From Candidatus Woesearchaeota archaeon (GTDB lineage: Archaea > Nanobdellota > Nanobdellia > Pacearchaeales > GW2011-AR1), in contig CAYJRP010000001.1 of assembly GCA_964372675.1 (NCBI GenBank), forward strand, positions 1 through 30,893: a DNA stretch of 30,893 nucleotides. The letters run 5' to 3'. Positions 1-8,114 of the stretch are shown here, one piece after another. Made by a program: the position numbers and the translations under genes. Numbering within the stretch: position 1 is the first letter of the stretch; the number at the start of each line of letters is the position of its first letter. The notes under the pieces are model-generated. The model was not told the origin of the DNA. It saw only the letters and a list, made by a program, of their open reading frames with translations, and did not search any database.

Positions 1-180
1 GAGAAAGAGATTTAAGAAAAAGTGAGGGATAATTTTTGAAAGACAAGCATTATCAAACCATCAATAAGATTATATGGATAAAAGATAATCTGGAATATTT
101 CTGTATTTGTTAATTGGTTTTTGGAAAATTCATGATGGGCGGGCAAAACCATAGCAATCTAAAGATATATACAAATATGA

Positions 181-194
181 GAAATGTTTATATA
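181..194 (+). promoter_or_regulatory. Archaeal BRE/TATA-like promoter for the 230..1095 gene pair
   Basis: GAAATG-TTTATATA about 35 nt upstream of ATG 230; the same purine-run plus TTTAWA pattern recurs upstream of other genes in the window. Confidence 0.55.
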
Positions 195-229
195 TGATAA
201 ACTTGTTAATCTAGAAAAGAGAATTAAAA

Positions 230-433
230 ATGGGTAAGGAAGCTACAAGAAAAGTTGTGATTTTGCTTTTAATACTGGCTATAGTTTTCTCTGCAATTTC
301 CATTTTTATTGGATGGTCTGCCTTGCAGGCAGATATTCCGCAGAGGCGGGCGGCGACAGAAGGCAGCAGTCCGCCCGGAGTAGTTGGCTTTTTTGTTGAA
401 ACACCTCCTAGTTTAAGCGGAGGTGGAGGATGA
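230..433 (+). CDS. Small membrane-anchored hypothetical protein (67 aa)
   Basis: ATG start, one hydrophobic helix (VVILLLILAIVFSAISIFIGW), promoter upstream, and ATGA overlap with the next gene. Confidence 0.65.
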   Translation: MGKEATRKVVILLLILAIVFSAISIFIGWSALQADIPQRRAATEGSSPPGVVGFFVETPPSLSGGGG

Positions 434-1095
434 AGGGGGAGAATTTTCTTTTTGGGGTTGCCGTGGCCGCGGTTATTGTCTCTGTTATTGCTGCAGGGAT
501 AACTTATTTTTCAATAGCTGATTTGGTCTCAAAAATCTCAGGATATCAAACTCTTGGCGAGGCTAATCTGACAGTAGAAACGCTGGCGCAAGTCAATTTT
601 TCTATAAGAGCGATTAGCTGGGGTTCGGGGAGAGTAACGCCTGGATTTACCGCAGCCTCTTTGACTACTTCAAATCATACGGGAGTTGCTAATGTAACAG
701 GAGGCAACTGGAGTTTGGACAGCGATTCCGGTACTGCTGGACTTCAAGCAAGTGGCTTAGTCATTGAAAATATAGGGACTGTAAACGTCACCCTTAACTT
801 AACTGTGGGAAAAAACGCCTCCCAATTTATTGGAGGGACTAATCCTGCGTATGAATGGAATCTGACTAATTTAAACGCTAATTCATGCCTAAACACCACC
901 GGATTACCAATGGCAGTAAGAATTAATACCTGGTTCCCTGCAAACACTACTAAATTCTCTGCCTTATGGTGCGATGTCTTCCCATTCAGGGCTGCCCAAG
1001 ACGCTGTGCGCCTTGACTTTAATCTTACTATCCCAGAAGATTCTCTCACAGGCGCATTAGGGGATATTATAACTGCCACTGTTACAGCCTTGTAA
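430..1095 (+). CDS. Secreted or membrane-anchored beta-rich surface protein (221 aa)
   Basis: GGAGG upstream of the start, N-terminal hydrophobic segment, Thr/Asn/Gly-rich composition with many N-x-S/T sequons, and a Cys pair. Confidence 0.8.
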   Translation: MKGENFLFGVAVAAVIVSVIAAGITYFSIADLVSKISGYQTLGEANLTVETLAQVNFSIRAISWGSGRVTPGFTAASLTTSNHTGVANVTGGNWSLDSDSGTAGLQASGLVIENIGTVNVTLNLTVGKNASQFIGGTNPAYEWNLTNLNANSCLNTTGLPMAVRINTWFPANTTKFSALWCDVFPFRAAQDAVRLDFNLTIPEDSLTGALGDIITATVTAL

Positions 1096-1185
1096 GGTAT
1101 TTTAGGATTATTACAATGTCTATTTAAGATTTGATAGCATAACTCACAGAAAGATAGCTTTTATTATCACAAAGTCTTTGCGTTC

Positions 1186-1475
1186 ACTGCGGACTAAAGT
1201 CCGCAGTTTGTGTAGATTCATCAAAAACAAACTTGTTTTTGACTGCCATCAAAATTCCTTGAATTTTGAGGTTGGGATGCAAGCAAATTGCTCTCGTTGG
1301 CAATTTGCTGCACAGAAATTTGTCATGGTAAACAAATTTCTTGTGCTCAAAGTGTTCCGCACACTAAAGACTTCAACACGAAGTGTTGAATGGATTAGAA
1401 AACTGATGTTTTCTAAGTGTGCGGTTTGTCAAACACTTTGACATCAAAACAGCTCTTTAAGCTTGGAAAGCTTAA
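1186..1475. repeat. Intergenic array of inverted repeats (hairpin cluster with a nested multibranch)
   Basis: Perfect stems read directly: 1186-1195/1198-1207, 1221-1230/1233-1242, 1249-1257/1261-1269, 1282-1291/1300-1309, 1314-1323/1332-1341, 1347-1356/1432-1441, 1357-1364/1417-1424, 1372-1379/1383-1390, 1395-1403/1408-1416, 1457-1464/1468-1475. Confidence 0.9.
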
Positions 1476-1596
1476 TCACCAGAAGATGGGGCGCATGAAC
1501 AGGATAATATAAGAGTTGTTAATTGTTAATCTTTCATTTGGATAAAATATTCACAGCTACCAATTGTTTTAAATATCTTATTTAATAAGTTAAAAT

Positions 1597-2709
1597 ATGA
1601 AAAGAGAGGCGTTATGTTTGTTTGCAATATTTTTTATAATTTTTTCTATAGAGTTGACAGCGGCGGCTCTAGGAATTACTCCTGCCAAGCAGGAAATTAA
1701 TTTTATTCCAGGGCAGAAATATGAATTCACTTTTACAATAATCAGCGATAATCCCAACCAGGAGCTTGAGCTATATCTCGACGGAGACTTGGCTGAATAT
1801 GGGAGATTAAGCACAACAAGCGCCATTGGGTCAGAGACTTTCAATGTGGCTGTTGCTCTTCCTGACGAAATAATCTCTCCAGGGCCGCATAGCATCATTG
1901 TAAGGGGTAGGGAGGTGGTATCTGAAAGGGAGTTTATAGGCACACTAATTGACATAGGCGTGCCTATTAAGATTTTTGTTCCTTATCCCGGGAGATATGC
2001 GGAACTGCAGTTAAACATTCCCAATGGAAATATTGATGAGGAAATTCCAATAGAGCTTTTGGTGATTAACAGAGGCAAAGAAAATTTGTTTTTGCAGTCT
2101 GTTTATGTAGATTTCTATACTAGCGGACAGAAAGCCGGCACTTTGAGCTATAAGCCTGCGGAGATTTCTGTTGCAGAAGAAAGGTACTTTCGCAAACGTT
2201 TGGACACTGCAGGATATAAGTCAGGGGATTATCTGGGCGTTGCATACGCAGATTATGGGGAAATTGCTTCTGTTAATCAAAGTTTTAGAGTCGGCTCCTT
2301 ATTTATTAATATAACCAATTTTACTCAAAGAATTCCACAAGAGAGCATCCAAAAATTCCACATAGGAATTGAAAGCTTCTGGAATCGCGAGATAGATGGG
2401 GTTTTTGCAGACGTGAATCTTTCCAATGATGTCGAGACAGTCACTTTTAGGACGCCGCCTGTTAACCTTGAACCATGGAGAATAAAACAGCTTGAAGGAT
2501 TTATTGACACTTCTGATTTAAATGGGAATTATAACGCTCTTATTTCTTTGCATTACGCGCAAAAAACAACTACTGCCGAAGGCATTGTGACAATATACAA
2601 GTACAGCTATATTACAATAATTGTCACTTCATTAGTTGCCCTTGCGTTCATGGGGGGAATAATTGCGCTGATATTATTTATGATGAGAAGAAAAAAGAGG
2701 CGCAGATGA
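1597..2709 (+). CDS. Surface protein with Ig-like (CARDB-like) domains and C-terminal membrane anchor (370 aa)
   Basis: Signal peptide; motifs 'LGITPAKQEINF' and 'VINRGKE' typical of Ig-like beta-sandwiches; C-terminal TM helix followed by the basic tail RRKKRRR. Confidence 0.85.
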   Translation: MKREALCLFAIFFIIFSIELTAAALGITPAKQEINFIPGQKYEFTFTIISDNPNQELELYLDGDLAEYGRLSTTSAIGSETFNVAVALPDEIISPGPHSIIVRGREVVSEREFIGTLIDIGVPIKIFVPYPGRYAELQLNIPNGNIDEEIPIELLVINRGKENLFLQSVYVDFYTSGQKAGTLSYKPAEISVAEERYFRKRLDTAGYKSGDYLGVAYADYGEIASVNQSFRVGSLFINITNFTQRIPQESIQKFHIGIESFWNREIDGVFADVNLSNDVETVTFRTPPVNLEPWRIKQLEGFIDTSDLNGNYNALISLHYAQKTTTAEGIVTIYKYSYITIIVTSLVALAFMGGIIALILFMMRRKKRRR

Positions 2710-3110
2710 AAAAGCCAAGCTATATTCTTTTTTGGGTTTCGCTGATAATTTTTTTATTTTCTTTAGCAGGCAGCATTTTACTCAATAGACCCATACAGCA
2801 TAAGACAATTTATGCAAATGTCACTATCGGGGATAAGCTTGGTTTTGATGTTAGTGAAAACTCGCTTATTTTTGGCATTCTTCCTTCAGGCAGCACTTCC
2901 ACAAGAAGCGTGATTTTTACAAATGAGAATGATTTTGAGGTTTTAGTAAAAATAAAAGCGACAGGAAATATTGCGCCGCTTCTGGATTTTGAAGAAACAG
3001 TAAGTGTTAAACCAAAGGAGCAGAAAAATATAGGCATTACCGCTGTTTCAGGAGAGAATGAGCTTGGAGATTATGTGGGGTTTGTAGAGTTTAAGGTATT
3101 TCCTGCATGA
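2706..3110 (+). CDS. Membrane-anchored single Ig-like-domain protein (134 aa)
   Basis: ATGA overlap with the upstream gene, N-terminal TM helix, beta-rich remainder. Confidence 0.8.
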   Translation: MKKPSYILFWVSLIIFLFSLAGSILLNRPIQHKTIYANVTIGDKLGFDVSENSLIFGILPSGSTSTRSVIFTNENDFEVLVKIKATGNIAPLLDFEETVSVKPKEQKNIGITAVSGENELGDYVGFVEFKVFPA

Positions 3111-3189
3111 TTAAAAAAATAGCATAATAACAAACAATTTTTTGGATAGGGAGATTTGGTTTTACTTTTAATTTTATTTTTTCTGGGAT

Positions 3190-3375
3190 CTATACTCTTA
3201 TATATATTTTTTTATGCCCTCTGCTCCAGTATACAGCATAGCCAACCTTTCTTCACCTTCTATTTTTACCTCGATGCTCTCCATCATATTTATCTACTCT
3301 TACTGTACAAGAGCCTTCTTTTCCTTCTATTTTGGTTATAAGCTCGCCGTCGTACCAGTATTGTCTTATTTTTAT
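3190..3375 (-). pseudogene. Probable decayed small ORF (ATA in place of ATG, internal TGA)
   Basis: Follows an exact copy of the RBS block that precedes the 3418..3696 gene. Reads IKIRQYWYDGELITKIEGKEGSCTVRVDKYDGEHRGKNRR*RKVGYAVYWSRGHKKIYIRV*. Confidence 0.4.
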
Positions 3376-3395
3376 TTTCCTTTTACCTCCTTTCA
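3374..3395 (-). repeat. 22-bp direct repeat, copy 2 (TGAAAGGAGGTAAAAGGAAAAT, contains SD GGAGGT)
   Basis: Identical to 3695..3716. Confidence 0.9.
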
Positions 3396-3417
3396 GCTTT
3401 TATATATTAAACAGATG

Positions 3418-3696
3418 TTATTTCCGCACTCTGTGCCATTTGCCATCATAAAATTCATACCCATCGCTGCGATCAGGAACCCACCCTTGATCAGTATTTC
3501 TCACTCTAGTCCACTTATTTTTATTTAATTCAACAAAATGTCCACCATCAACACTTCTTGCCCACTTTTCTATTTCTCCGGTAGCATGATTTCTATAGAC
3601 ACTTATTGTGCTTCCGTCATGAGGGTCCTTCTCTTTTCTAATAAGCTCATATTCTTCTTCTCTTCCAAATGTTCCGTCTGGTTGTAATCTTGGCAT
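3418..3696 (-). CDS. Hypothetical protein (92 aa, Trp/aromatic-rich; start revised to MPRLQ)
   Basis: GGAGGT SD 9 nt upstream of the ATG at 3696; open frame; last intact gene of a three-gene minus-strand block. Confidence 0.75.
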   Translation of the reverse strand: MPRLQPDGTFGREEEYELIRKEKDPHDGSTISVYRNHATGEIEKWARSVDGGHFVELNKNKWTRVRNTDQGWVPDRSDGYEFYDGKWHRVRK

Positions 3697-3716
3697 TTTC
3701 CTTTTACCTCCTTTCA
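3695..3716 (-). repeat. 22-bp direct repeat, copy 1 (stop codon + SD + start junction)
   Basis: Its TGA is the stop of 3714..4061 and its final AT begins the ATG of the 92-aa gene; identical to 3374..3395. Confidence 0.9.
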
Positions 3717-4061
3717 ATTTTTTAGTTTTGAATATAAATCTTCTGCATTTTGTAATGAAATGTCGTAAAGTAATACTGTTCTTTCAAATTCTGAAGATTT
3801 AAGTTTTCTTTGACTGCATTGATTTGAATGAAATACCTCACAAATGGCTGGAGAAGATAACTCATAATATTCTTCAAATCCTTTTGTGGTCAAAAATAAT
3901 CTGTATATTTCTTTACAACTACCTTGGTGTATATACTCCGCTATTAAAACTTCTGAAGATAAATTGTTCAGTTCAGGTAGATCAACTATTTTTTCAAGTA
4001 AGTTTGCTGTTTCTCTTATTTCATCTTTCTTGCGTATTTGATTTAGGTCTTGGAATGGCAT
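3714..4061 (-). CDS. Hypothetical protein (115 aa)
   Basis: GGAGG SD and TAA-A-ATG coupling to the upstream ORF. Confidence 0.7.
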   Translation of the reverse strand: MPFQDLNQIRKKDEIRETANLLEKIVDLPELNNLSSEVLIAEYIHQGSCKEIYRLFLTTKGFEEYYELSSPAICEVFHSNQCSQRKLKSSEFERTVLLYDISLQNAEDLYSKLKN

Positions 4062-4062
4062 T

Positions 4063-4437
4063 TTATCTCCTCCTCTCTTTCACTTCTGTAATGCAAGTAT
4101 ACCATAAATCATACATTGCTCGACATGTTCCCCAGTTTTCTTCTGAGTGAATGGGATCATGTCCGTTTCGTGACCAAATCTTGGTTTTTCCCTCTTTTGA
4201 CAACCAAGTGTGAAAAGAAATACCGCAATCATGACGCCATCCTTGATTTGAAAAAATTGTTCCGCAGTAAACCGTAGTTCCAACATCAGAACCATAATAC
4301 GAGCTTTTTTTTCTTTCGTAAAGATGCGGCTCTCCTCCGCTTTCGTTTGTTACACTTCCTCTTAAGCCCCATGCTATCTCTACAAGCTCTTCTAAAATAG
4401 TTTCTGGATCTCCATGTAATGTTGAATTAAGTGCCAT
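4063..4437 (-). CDS. Hypothetical protein (124 aa)
   Basis: ATG after an AAAA run, AT-rich divergent promoter region upstream, coupled to the next gene. Confidence 0.7.
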   Translation of the reverse strand: MALNSTLHGDPETILEELVEIAWGLRGSVTNESGGEPHLYERKKSSYYGSDVGTTVYCGTIFSNQGWRHDCGISFHTWLSKEGKTKIWSRNGHDPIHSEENWGTCRAMYDLWYTCITEVKERRR

Positions 4438-4530
4438 TTTGTTTTTCTCTTCAGATCTGTTAATAATTAGTATATTTTATTCTTAATAAACATATTTATA
4501 CAATTTAAGTATAAATATTCAAATAGAATA

Positions 4531-4567
4531 GAAAGATTTATATATATTATGGAATAAATATTCCATA
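4531..4567 (+). promoter_or_regulatory. BRE/TATA plus palindromic operator-like site upstream of the Lrp gene
   Basis: GAAAGA-TTTATATA at 4531-4544, then the inverted repeat TATGGAAT-AAAT-ATTCCATA at 4548-4567, which reaches the A of the start codon. Confidence 0.6.
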
Positions 4568-5022
4568 TGAATAAAATAGATGACAAAGACTGGAAGGTTA
4601 TTGAATGTTTGAAAGAAAATGGTAGGTGGAGCGTACAGAAAATCTCTAAACAAACAAGGATTCCAATTACAACTGTTCACAATAGGTTAAAGAAATTAAA
4701 TAGAGAAGGCGTTATTAAGAAATATTCAATAGTGCTCGACTATAAAAAAGTTGGAATACCCCTGGCATCTTATGTGTTAATAACTGTAGATTATAAAGGA
4801 TTGCAAGAACGAGAATTAAGCCAGTATGATTTAGCAAAGGAGCTTCTGAAGAAAAAAGAAGTAGAAAGCGCTGCAATGATAACAGGATTAACAGATATTA
4901 TATTAAAAATTAGAGTTGCTAATATTGATGAACTAAATCGTTTTATTACAGTAGATTTAAGAAATGTTATGGGTATTGAAAAAACGCAGACAATATTAAT
5001 TTTAAATGAAGCAGAAACGTGA
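4567..5022 (+). CDS. Lrp/AsnC family transcriptional regulator (151 aa)
   Basis: N-terminal wHTH (LKENGRWSVQKISKQTRIPITTVHNRLKKLNREGVIKKY) and C-terminal RAM domain (ITGLTDIILKIRVANIDELNRFI). Confidence 0.95.
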   Translation: MNKIDDKDWKVIECLKENGRWSVQKISKQTRIPITTVHNRLKKLNREGVIKKYSIVLDYKKVGIPLASYVLITVDYKGLQERELSQYDLAKELLKKKEVESAAMITGLTDIILKIRVANIDELNRFITVDLRNVMGIEKTQTILILNEAET

Positions 5023-5228
5023 AAAAAATGCGCTGTTCCTTATGGTGTGACCGGACTTGCGGATTGGTCATGTACGCAGGATATTCCCATCGAAGTTAAT
5101 GCAGAAATAACAAAATTAAATGGATTCCGTTAAATGCCAAGTCACCCAGATTATTTAGAGAAATGCTAATTTATGTTCAGAATTAACATTTAAGAAAACT
5201 ATTTAATTGCTGACTTAGTATAAGGGAT

Positions 5229-6218
5229 ATGAAAAAGAAGTATTTTATCCTATTCTTTGTTCTTTTTATAGCACTTGTCATGAATGTTGCCAGTGTTTAT
5301 TATTCACTAAAGGTTTACAGGTTTTTTAATGAGCCTGGCACAACTGCGCGCGCCAGCGAAGGAGATCTGTCTTTAAGCGTTGAAGCGGCTCCTTCTGATG
5401 GCGGGACAACTGGGGGGGCTGGCACAACCGGGGGAGGCGGAGGCGGAGGAGGCGGAGGAGGCGGAGGAGCTACTCCTAGATTTACTGTCAGTCCTAAAGA
5501 AATAAATGTGCAGATTGTTTCTGGCGAGAGCGAGTCTCGCGAGATAACCATAGAAAATACAGGATCAGAAACAATCACAGTTAGCATAAGCGCTATAACG
5601 ATTAAGGACTATGTGGTTTTTAACACTGACCGCGTAGTTCTACAGAAAGGGCAGAAGAAAACAGTTACAATGACTATTAATGCCCCTGCTTCAGGAGTAT
5701 ATGCTGGCAAAATAATCTTTAAGTCAGGAGCTATTGTTAAAGAAGTTTTAGTTTTATTGAATGTAATTAGCGACGGCGTTTTATTTGACGTTGCCATAAC
5801 TGTTTCAGAACCTTACAATAATTTATATGTTGGAGAGAATTTGCCTGCGTTGATTGAGCTTACTGAAGTCGGTGGAGAAGAAGGGCTTGATGTCACTTTG
5901 AATTACTTTATCAAGGATTTTGACGGGAATGTGCTTTACACTGAATCTGAAACCCTTTACGTCTTTGGAGCAAAGAGCTTTAACAAGGAATTTCCAACAG
6001 GCAGTTTAGAAGCTAACGATTATGTTGTTGGTGTTGAGCTTCTTTATCCCGGGGGATTTGCAACATCCAGCGCGCACTTTAGAATTCAAAAGTTCCAGAT
6101 TAGCTGGCTGACTATTTTGGCGATAATTCTCGCCATTATCTCGATTGTATTAATCATATTAGCAATAAGATTTTATAGGAATAGTAATAAACACAAGAAG
6201 GGGGTGGTTAGAAAATGA
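5229..6218 (+). CDS. Surface protein with poly-Gly linker, Ig-like domains and C-terminal TM anchor (329 aa)
   Basis: N-terminal TM or signal segment, GGA/GGC-coded Gly run, 'ITIENTG' Ig-like motif, C-terminal TM plus basic tail. Confidence 0.85.
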   Translation: MKKKYFILFFVLFIALVMNVASVYYSLKVYRFFNEPGTTARASEGDLSLSVEAAPSDGGTTGGAGTTGGGGGGGGGGGGGATPRFTVSPKEINVQIVSGESESREITIENTGSETITVSISAITIKDYVVFNTDRVVLQKGQKKTVTMTINAPASGVYAGKIIFKSGAIVKEVLVLLNVISDGVLFDVAITVSEPYNNLYVGENLPALIELTEVGGEEGLDVTLNYFIKDFDGNVLYTESETLYVFGAKSFNKEFPTGSLEANDYVVGVELLYPGGFATSSAHFRIQKFQISWLTILAIILAIISIVLIILAIRFYRNSNKHKKGVVRK

Positions 6219-7237
6219 AAAAGGCTTTTGTTTTTGTCATGCTCGGATTGTTAATTATTAACTTATCTGCGGGATTTGAGGTGCATACTCCAGCAATAAA
6301 AATCGGGCTAAAAGCAGGCAGCTCTGGCATACAGACAATAAGTGTTTTCAATGATAAAGATGAAGCCAAGACATTCACAATTGAGAAAGAGCATGGCCGC
6401 AACTTTTATGAAATAGGCGAAAATACTTTAGAGGTTGGGCCTAAAACATACGGCACAGTTACGCTAACCTTAGGAAGCCCCATAGTACTGCCAGGCCTTT
6501 ATTTAGATAGAGTAATAATTTCTGATGGAACAAGTGAAAAAGGGGTGCCGGTAGTTGTTGAAGTGTCTTCTAAGGGGAAAATCTTGTTTGACACAATAAT
6601 AGAAGCCAAAATTGATTATTTGGCTGTTCCTGGTAGCAATTTTGGTGCTAGAGTAAAAGTGTATAATATTGGAGCAGTGCAGGATGCTGTAGAAATGTTA
6701 TATGGAATTCAAAACTTTGGGGGCGATATGATTCATGAGAAAACAGAGGTATTAAGTGTGAGAGAGCCTATTGAAATTAGAAAGGAATTTTCCCTTCCTG
6801 AAAGTTTGCCCGAAGGGCTATATGTTTTTTCTGTTGCTGCCAGGCAAGGCAATTATGCCAGCCCAAACGATTATTCTTATTCTGTTACATCACAGCTATT
6901 TATAGTAGAACAAAGGACAAGCTTAAGCCCTGTTATTGAAGCAGACTCCTCAAAGACAATCGGGTTTTTCATAATTCTATTTTTGATGGTTTCAGTAATT
7001 GTTTTAAGCTATTACTGGAATAAGCGGGTGCTTAATCAAGGGAAGGAGTGGAGGACTAAAGTTAGTGAGATAAGGGCTGTTAAGTTCAGCGACGCTGCCC
7101 GCTCTATCAGAAGGTTAAATTATCAGAAACATTTGCTTGAAAAGGCCTACGGAAGTCATTATGTGACAAGGGAATCATACGAGCAGGGCAGGAAAGAAAT
7201 AAACAACATGATAAGCAAGCTAAAGAAACGTTTATAA
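6215..7237 (+). CDS. Surface or membrane protein with Ig-like domains, TM helix and cytoplasmic helical tail (340 aa)
   Basis: ATGA overlap, signal peptide, beta-rich domains resembling the upstream gene (e.g. 'VYNIG'), TM near residue 250. Confidence 0.85.
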   Translation: MKKAFVFVMLGLLIINLSAGFEVHTPAIKIGLKAGSSGIQTISVFNDKDEAKTFTIEKEHGRNFYEIGENTLEVGPKTYGTVTLTLGSPIVLPGLYLDRVIISDGTSEKGVPVVVEVSSKGKILFDTIIEAKIDYLAVPGSNFGARVKVYNIGAVQDAVEMLYGIQNFGGDMIHEKTEVLSVREPIEIRKEFSLPESLPEGLYVFSVAARQGNYASPNDYSYSVTSQLFIVEQRTSLSPVIEADSSKTIGFFIILFLMVSVIVLSYYWNKRVLNQGKEWRTKVSEIRAVKFSDAARSIRRLNYQKHLLEKAYGSHYVTRESYEQGRKEINNMISKLKKRL

Positions 7238-7267
7238 ATTGGTTTGGTTATTCTCTATTTATATAAA

Positions 7268-7597
7268 ATGGCTGTTAAAAAGAAGGGTGTGAAAAAGACA
7301 GGTTCTAAAAAATCCTCCAACAAGAATGCTCTCTCTGGGGCAATTAGCGACTTGGAGAAAGAGTTAGGCAGAGTCAATAGAGAGAAAAACGAGGTAAAGA
7401 GGCAGATGAGCGAGACTTCTTCCATGATTAATATTGACAGGGAAAAGGAAAGGGAATTGCAGGAGAAAATAGCCAGTCTGCTTGAGAAGGAAGCTCATTT
7501 AGAGCAGAAGAGAAAGAACCTGCAGACTAAGGGAGAGAAGCTTTCTGACAAGGCAGGGAAGATTTCAAAGATAAAGATGGAAATGGCAGATATCTGA
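7268..7597 (+). CDS. Coiled-coil hypothetical protein (109 aa; start revised to MAVKKK)
   Basis: Lys-rich N-terminus followed by E/K-rich heptad-like helix. Confidence 0.75.
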   Translation: MAVKKKGVKKTGSKKSSNKNALSGAISDLEKELGRVNREKNEVKRQMSETSSMINIDREKERELQEKIASLLEKEAHLEQKRKNLQTKGEKLSDKAGKISKIKMEMADI

Positions 7598-7715
7598 GAA
7601 TTAGCAGATTATATTTGAAGAGGGTTGATGATGATATTTCTTGGTTTAAAGAATGCTCCTGTCTGTAAAATGTTTTGATAATGGAATATTTAAAGGAGAA
7701 AATCTTAGAGGAATA

Positions 7716-8057
7716 ATGGACATTGTTGTTAATTTTAAAGGCAGAAAGATTAAATTAAATGTCACGGAAACAGGCCCTATTAGGCAAGGAATAGGTTTCA
7801 CATTCCGAACAAGAAACACAGACTGCCTTTTGTTTGATTTCAAAAAAGAAGTTTATGAAAGAGGGGCGCTTACATCGTTTTTTGTGTTTTTTCCATTCCT
7901 GGCTCTTTGGCTGGACAAGAATAATGGGGTTTTAGAGCATAAAATCATAAAGCCATGGATTTTGTCTATACTGCCTTCCAAGCCCTTCAGAAAGGTCGTG
8001 GAAGTCCCAATAAGCCCTAAAAACAGGAAAATTATCGATTTTTTCGTCGGAAAATGA
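7716..8057 (+). CDS. DUF192-family protein (113 aa; start revised to MDIVV)
   Basis: Pattern 'GFTFR...LLFDF...FFVFFPFLALWLD.N.V....IKPW' matches the DUF192 profile as I recall it. Confidence 0.7.
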   Translation: MDIVVNFKGRKIKLNVTETGPIRQGIGFTFRTRNTDCLLFDFKKEVYERGALTSFFVFFPFLALWLDKNNGVLEHKIIKPWILSILPSKPFRKVVEVPISPKNRKIIDFFVGK

Positions 8058-8070
8058 AAAAGTTTAAATA
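8056..8070 (+). promoter_or_regulatory. BRE/TATA promoter of the 41-aa gene
   Basis: GAAAAAG-TTTAAATA, followed by an SD (GGAGGT 8104-8109) and ATG 8115. Confidence 0.65.
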
Positions 8071-8114
8071 CTTCCTCGTCGTGCAATTAGCACAGGAGAC
8101 AAGGGAGGTACACA

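Noticed and set aside
1178-1441. 87-aa ORF in the track
   Set aside because: TTG start with no SD or promoter, and it lies entirely within the hairpin array; most likely a chance open frame.
1186-1475. CRISPR array
   Set aside because: The palindromes differ from one another; there is no recurring repeat with unique spacers and no cas genes.
1141-1500. RNase P RNA-like words (ACAGAAA, GGTAAAC, AAAGTCC, GCTTA) in the hairpin array
   Set aside because: No GAGGAAAGUCC, the words are not in the conserved order and spacing, and AAAGTCC is tied up in a perfect local hairpin.
5066-5102. TPP-riboswitch-like or 5S-like words (minus strand GAT-GGGAATATCC-TGCGTA; plus strand CCCATCGAAGTTAA)
   Set aside because: The UGAGA element and P4 pairing of TPP are missing, and the 5S helices cannot be built.
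5423-5468. GGA/GGC microsatellite as a phase-variation tract
   Set aside because: Triplet-based and mixed codons; it simply encodes a poly-Gly linker, and slippage would preserve the frame.
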